In this document: one piece after another, positions 35,597-36,544 of the stretch | Layout: every line of letters starts with the position of its first letter | Numbering within the stretch: position 1 is the first letter of the stretch | Assembly (NCBI GenBank): GCA_026025795.1 | Contig: JAPEUG010000150.1 | Span: forward strand, 1 to 36,544 | Length of the DNA stretch: 36,544 bases | From: Thelocarpon superellum | Lineage: Eukaryota | Reading direction: 5' to 3' | Notes under the pieces: generated by a model | What the model was told of the DNA's origin: nothing | The model's database searches: none | What the model saw: the letters and a program-made list of their open reading frames with translations, nothing else | Program-made: the position numbers and the translations under genes

Positions 35597-36544
35597 ATGA
35601 TGCAGTTTATTCGGTTTCTCAAAACACCTCGCTTGAGTGATACCGATGGCAAGGGTCCAGCGGTCATCACCGCCCTCATAACGATTACATCCGATCTGGG
35701 AGATACTTTCTTCAAACCAGAGGGAGGTCAGATTGGTCTGACTGTCTTTCTCGAGAACCATGGTACCATCCCCCATCATCGATCATTTACTTGGCGGAGC
35801 GGAATGCGGGAGCTTCTCGTCGTGATTCGCTGCCCAGCTCGGATCCTCCAGCGATCATGCTGGTTGCGCGTCTCCATCGATGATGCACGGGTTTCGAGCT
35901 CCTATGACCAGCTCTATCTTCCACCTTCCGATTCTACACTACCCGTGACCTCCGTCCGCAGCGATACATTCACTCTGGTCGCACCAGCCGACGGAGTTCG
36001 AATGGTGGCGAGGCGGCTTCAATTTGCGGCAGGTCCGACGCTGTGTATCTGGGAGGAGACTGGCGAGAGCATTGCTCGACACCTTTGGTACGACGCACAT
36101 CAGGGTGGTCGTTTTATCGCTCACATTCGCCAGGGACGCTGGGCTCATGCTGACGGCCTATCTGGCCCATGGAGTGGCGGGAGGGACTCAGGTCCTGCCT
36201 CCGTTGCAGCGCCTGATTCGGCCGTCGGCGGGCAAGATCAAGGTGCTCGAACTAGGTAGTGGGTGTGGCGTGGTGGGCCTTGGGCTCGCGCAGATGACAC
36301 AATGCGAAGTCCTGCTGACCGACCTACCTGAGGCGGCTGATATTATAACCCGCAATCTCGCGTGCTTGAGCCCTTGGCCATCCTCGAGTGCGCATTTTAC
36401 GGTGCTCGAGTGGGGCGAGCCACTTCCATCTGCTGTCGTCACTGGCACCTATGACCTAGTTTTAGTCGCCGATTGCACTTATAATCCCGCCAGTGCTCCA
36501 GCGCTCGTCCGAACGCTGACGATGCTGGTGGCACAATGCCCCGC
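35597..36544 (+). CDS. SAM-dependent protein lysine methyltransferase, family 16 (METTL21-like); 3' end outside the window
   Basis: Exon 1 35597-36087 (QFIRFLKTPRL...ITITSDLGDTF...IWEETGESIARHLW), intron 36088-36133, then DAGL...VLELGSGCGVVG...LLTDL...LEWGE...LVADCTYN. Confidence 0.9.

Overview
Gene-dense, GC-rich eukaryotic DNA from a filamentous ascomycete (Pezizomycotina), judged from short GT-AG introns with CTRAY branch sites. I reconstructed about 15 mostly spliced genes by hand, in order: a SnoaL/NTF2-like protein, a VHS/GAT adaptor, a UBX (Ubx2/FAF2-like) Cdc48 cofactor, PAN3, LSM7, a protein with a C-terminal Zn2Cys6 cluster, a ferric reductase, a Vps3/TGFBRAP1-like CNH protein, an atypical short kinase, NXT1, an intronless ammonium transporter, RPL38, an 89-aa five-exon Ish1-repeat membrane protein missed by the ORF track, a conserved hypothetical protein, and a family-16 methyltransferase cut by the window end. 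No rRNA, tRNA, CRISPR or recognisable transposon was found. Most notable: the ammonium transporter is plant-AMT2-like (MEP-alpha clade, reported as prokaryote-derived and preferentially retained in lichen fungi) and has a same-strand GATAAG cluster upstream; the ferric reductase C-terminus is echoed in frame just after its stop codon; the Vps3-like gene needs a GC-AG intron; and a TACGAGTA motif recurs in upstream regions. I found no clear evidence of a wholly new multi-gene system. All family calls rest on remembered motifs, not database searches.
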